Shown: positions 56,515 to 57,409 of the stretch, in pieces | How positions within the stretch are numbered: the first letter of the stretch is position 1 | How the letters are laid out: the number at the start of each line of letters is the position of its first letter | DNA from: an uncultured virus (IMG/VR IMGVR_UViG_3300018049_001835) | Lineage: Duplodnaviria > Heunggongvirae > Uroviricota > Caudoviricetes | Virus record (IMG/VR): IMGVR_UViG_3300018049_001835 | Length of the DNA: 57,409 nucleotides | Reading direction: 5' to 3' (one strand) | Notes under the pieces: model-generated | The model's input: only the letters and a program-made list of their open reading frames with translations | What the model was told of the DNA's origin: nothing | Databases searched by the model: none | Position numbers and translations under genes: made by a program

Positions 56515-57409
56515 CTGCTCGTACCTCTACAAGTTGGCCAACCAAAGACCCACGATTGCTCCAAAAGGTATCGCGATCAGCGTCACTAAACCCGCTACCG
56601 CAATTGACCTCAACCATCCGTCCATCATCCTCACCGCGGCATACGAGTGCTCCAAGTCTTCCTTCATTTCTTCCTGTTCCTTCTTCGACATCTACTACCT
56701 CCAATGTTACTTCAATAAATGGCTTTGCTTTAAGCCATGCATGAGTACGTTTACATTCATAAGGAGCATCAACGTCCTTAATCATAACACCTTCATATCC
56801 ACCGTCTACAGCCGCTTTATTAAGCTCTGTAAAGCGTTTTTCGCCTTCGGGAGTACTTAGGTCTACTGTTTCCCAATCAAGTGCTTGTACGTGCTTTAAA
56901 ACGCTTTTATGATCTTCTACCCAATACTTTACCATAGCACTACGTTCATGCTGTGGTTTGTCATACTTTCCGTTTAAGAAGTTACCCAAAGGTGCCATGT
57001 CAAACAAATGTAGTACAGCATCGTTTGCACTTACATTGTCCTTACGATGTACCTGTTTCATTAAGTCTTGAAAGTTAGCACTCATTACTTCGCCGTCGAG
57101 CATAAGCGGATACGGTGCAGGATAATCTTTTAGTACTTCTTCTATTTCTGCAATGATGTGTCCAAAGTTGTGAAACTGTTTACCATTACGACTGAACATC
57201 TCAACTTTGTTACCACGTATAGTAGTAAGAACACGAACGCCATCTAATTTGATTTCAATTTGTTTCTTGCCAGTCATTTTCTTTTCGTGTTTAGCAGAGT
57301 CGTGTGCCAATGAACAAGTGAATACCGGTACAGTACCAGGCACCACTTTGTTCACGGTCTTTTCACTTACTCCGCAACGTAAATCTTTAATAAGGATACG
57401 GCGATACCA
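56423..57409 (-). CDS. lig: ATP-dependent DNA ligase, 5'-partial
   Basis: KLDGVR (motif I), LDGE, FD, EGVMIK, WLKAK and SLRFPRF. The frame is open to the window end (WYRRILIKDLRCG...). Confidence 0.93.
   Translation of the reverse strand, partial: WYRRILIKDLRCGVSEKTVNKVVPGTVPVFTCSLAHDSAKHEKKMTGKKQIEIKLDGVRVLTTIRGNKVEMFSRNGKQFHNFGHIIAEIEEVLKDYPAPYPLMLDGEVMSANFQDLMKQVHRKDNVSANDAVLHLFDMAPLGNFLNGKYDKPQHERSAMVKYWVEDHKSVLKHVQALDWETVDLSTPEGEKRFTELNKAAVDGGYEGVMIKDVDAPYECKRTHAWLKAKPFIEVTLEVVDVEEGTGRNEGRLGALVCRGEDDGRMVEVNCGSGFSDADRDTFWSNRGSLVGQLVEVRADAITQNQDGTYSLRFPRFKTFRGFEAGEKI

Larger units (their letters stand above)
1..57409. mobile_element. Segment of a large lytic-type tailed dsDNA phage genome (T4-like/jumbo)
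   Basis: Baseplate/tail-fibre genes, endolysin with spanins, clamp loader, ThyX, PhoH, GroES and ATP-dependent ligase. Tight ATGA/TAATG gene coupling and T4-late-like promoters. No host housekeeping operons. Confidence 0.93.

Noticed and set aside
1..57409. CRISPR array, tRNA, intron/intein, DGR or stop-codon recoding
   Set aside because: No spaced repeats, cloverleafs, reverse transcriptase or splicing motifs were seen. Conserved enzymes are normal length and genes pack tightly under the standard code.

Overview
This is an AT-rich, gene-dense segment, almost entirely on the minus strand, of a large tailed dsDNA bacteriophage (T4-like or jumbo type). The host is probably an aquatic Gram-negative proteobacterium (inferred from the spanins, ClpA, IscU and FdxA-type ferredoxin). 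From left to right it holds: a dnaJ-def-clpA proteostasis operon; small membrane proteins; iscU; a lysis cassette (GH19 endolysin, an ACP-like gene, i-/o-spanins); phoH, thyX, 7Fe ferredoxin, clamp loader, exonuclease, MazG-like pyrophosphatase, GroES and a stand-alone DnaE piece; about 31 kb of baseplate/tail-fibre genes (PA14, LRR, beta-helix, and a 2983-aa protein with a chaperone-type C-terminus); iscA/erpA; a 2OG oxygenase, uvsE, PMM, glycosyltransferase and queD cluster; a deaminase; and a partial DNA ligase. Two promoter classes are visible: consensus sigma70 (TTGACA-N17-TATAAT) and a T4-late-like RTAAATA. The strongest leads are (1) a candidate pseudoknot riboswitch in the queD leader, (2) an ACP homologue with Glu replacing the phosphopantetheine Ser inside the lysis cassette, (3) six genes with a fixed ATAA(A/G)TA-N5-ATG leaderless layout, (4) phycobiliprotein-like KCxRD repeats in a virion protein, (5) a plant-type LRR tail protein and (6) a split DnaE piece. 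I saw no tRNA, rRNA, CRISPR array, integrase or intein. All calls come from motif reading; no searches were run.
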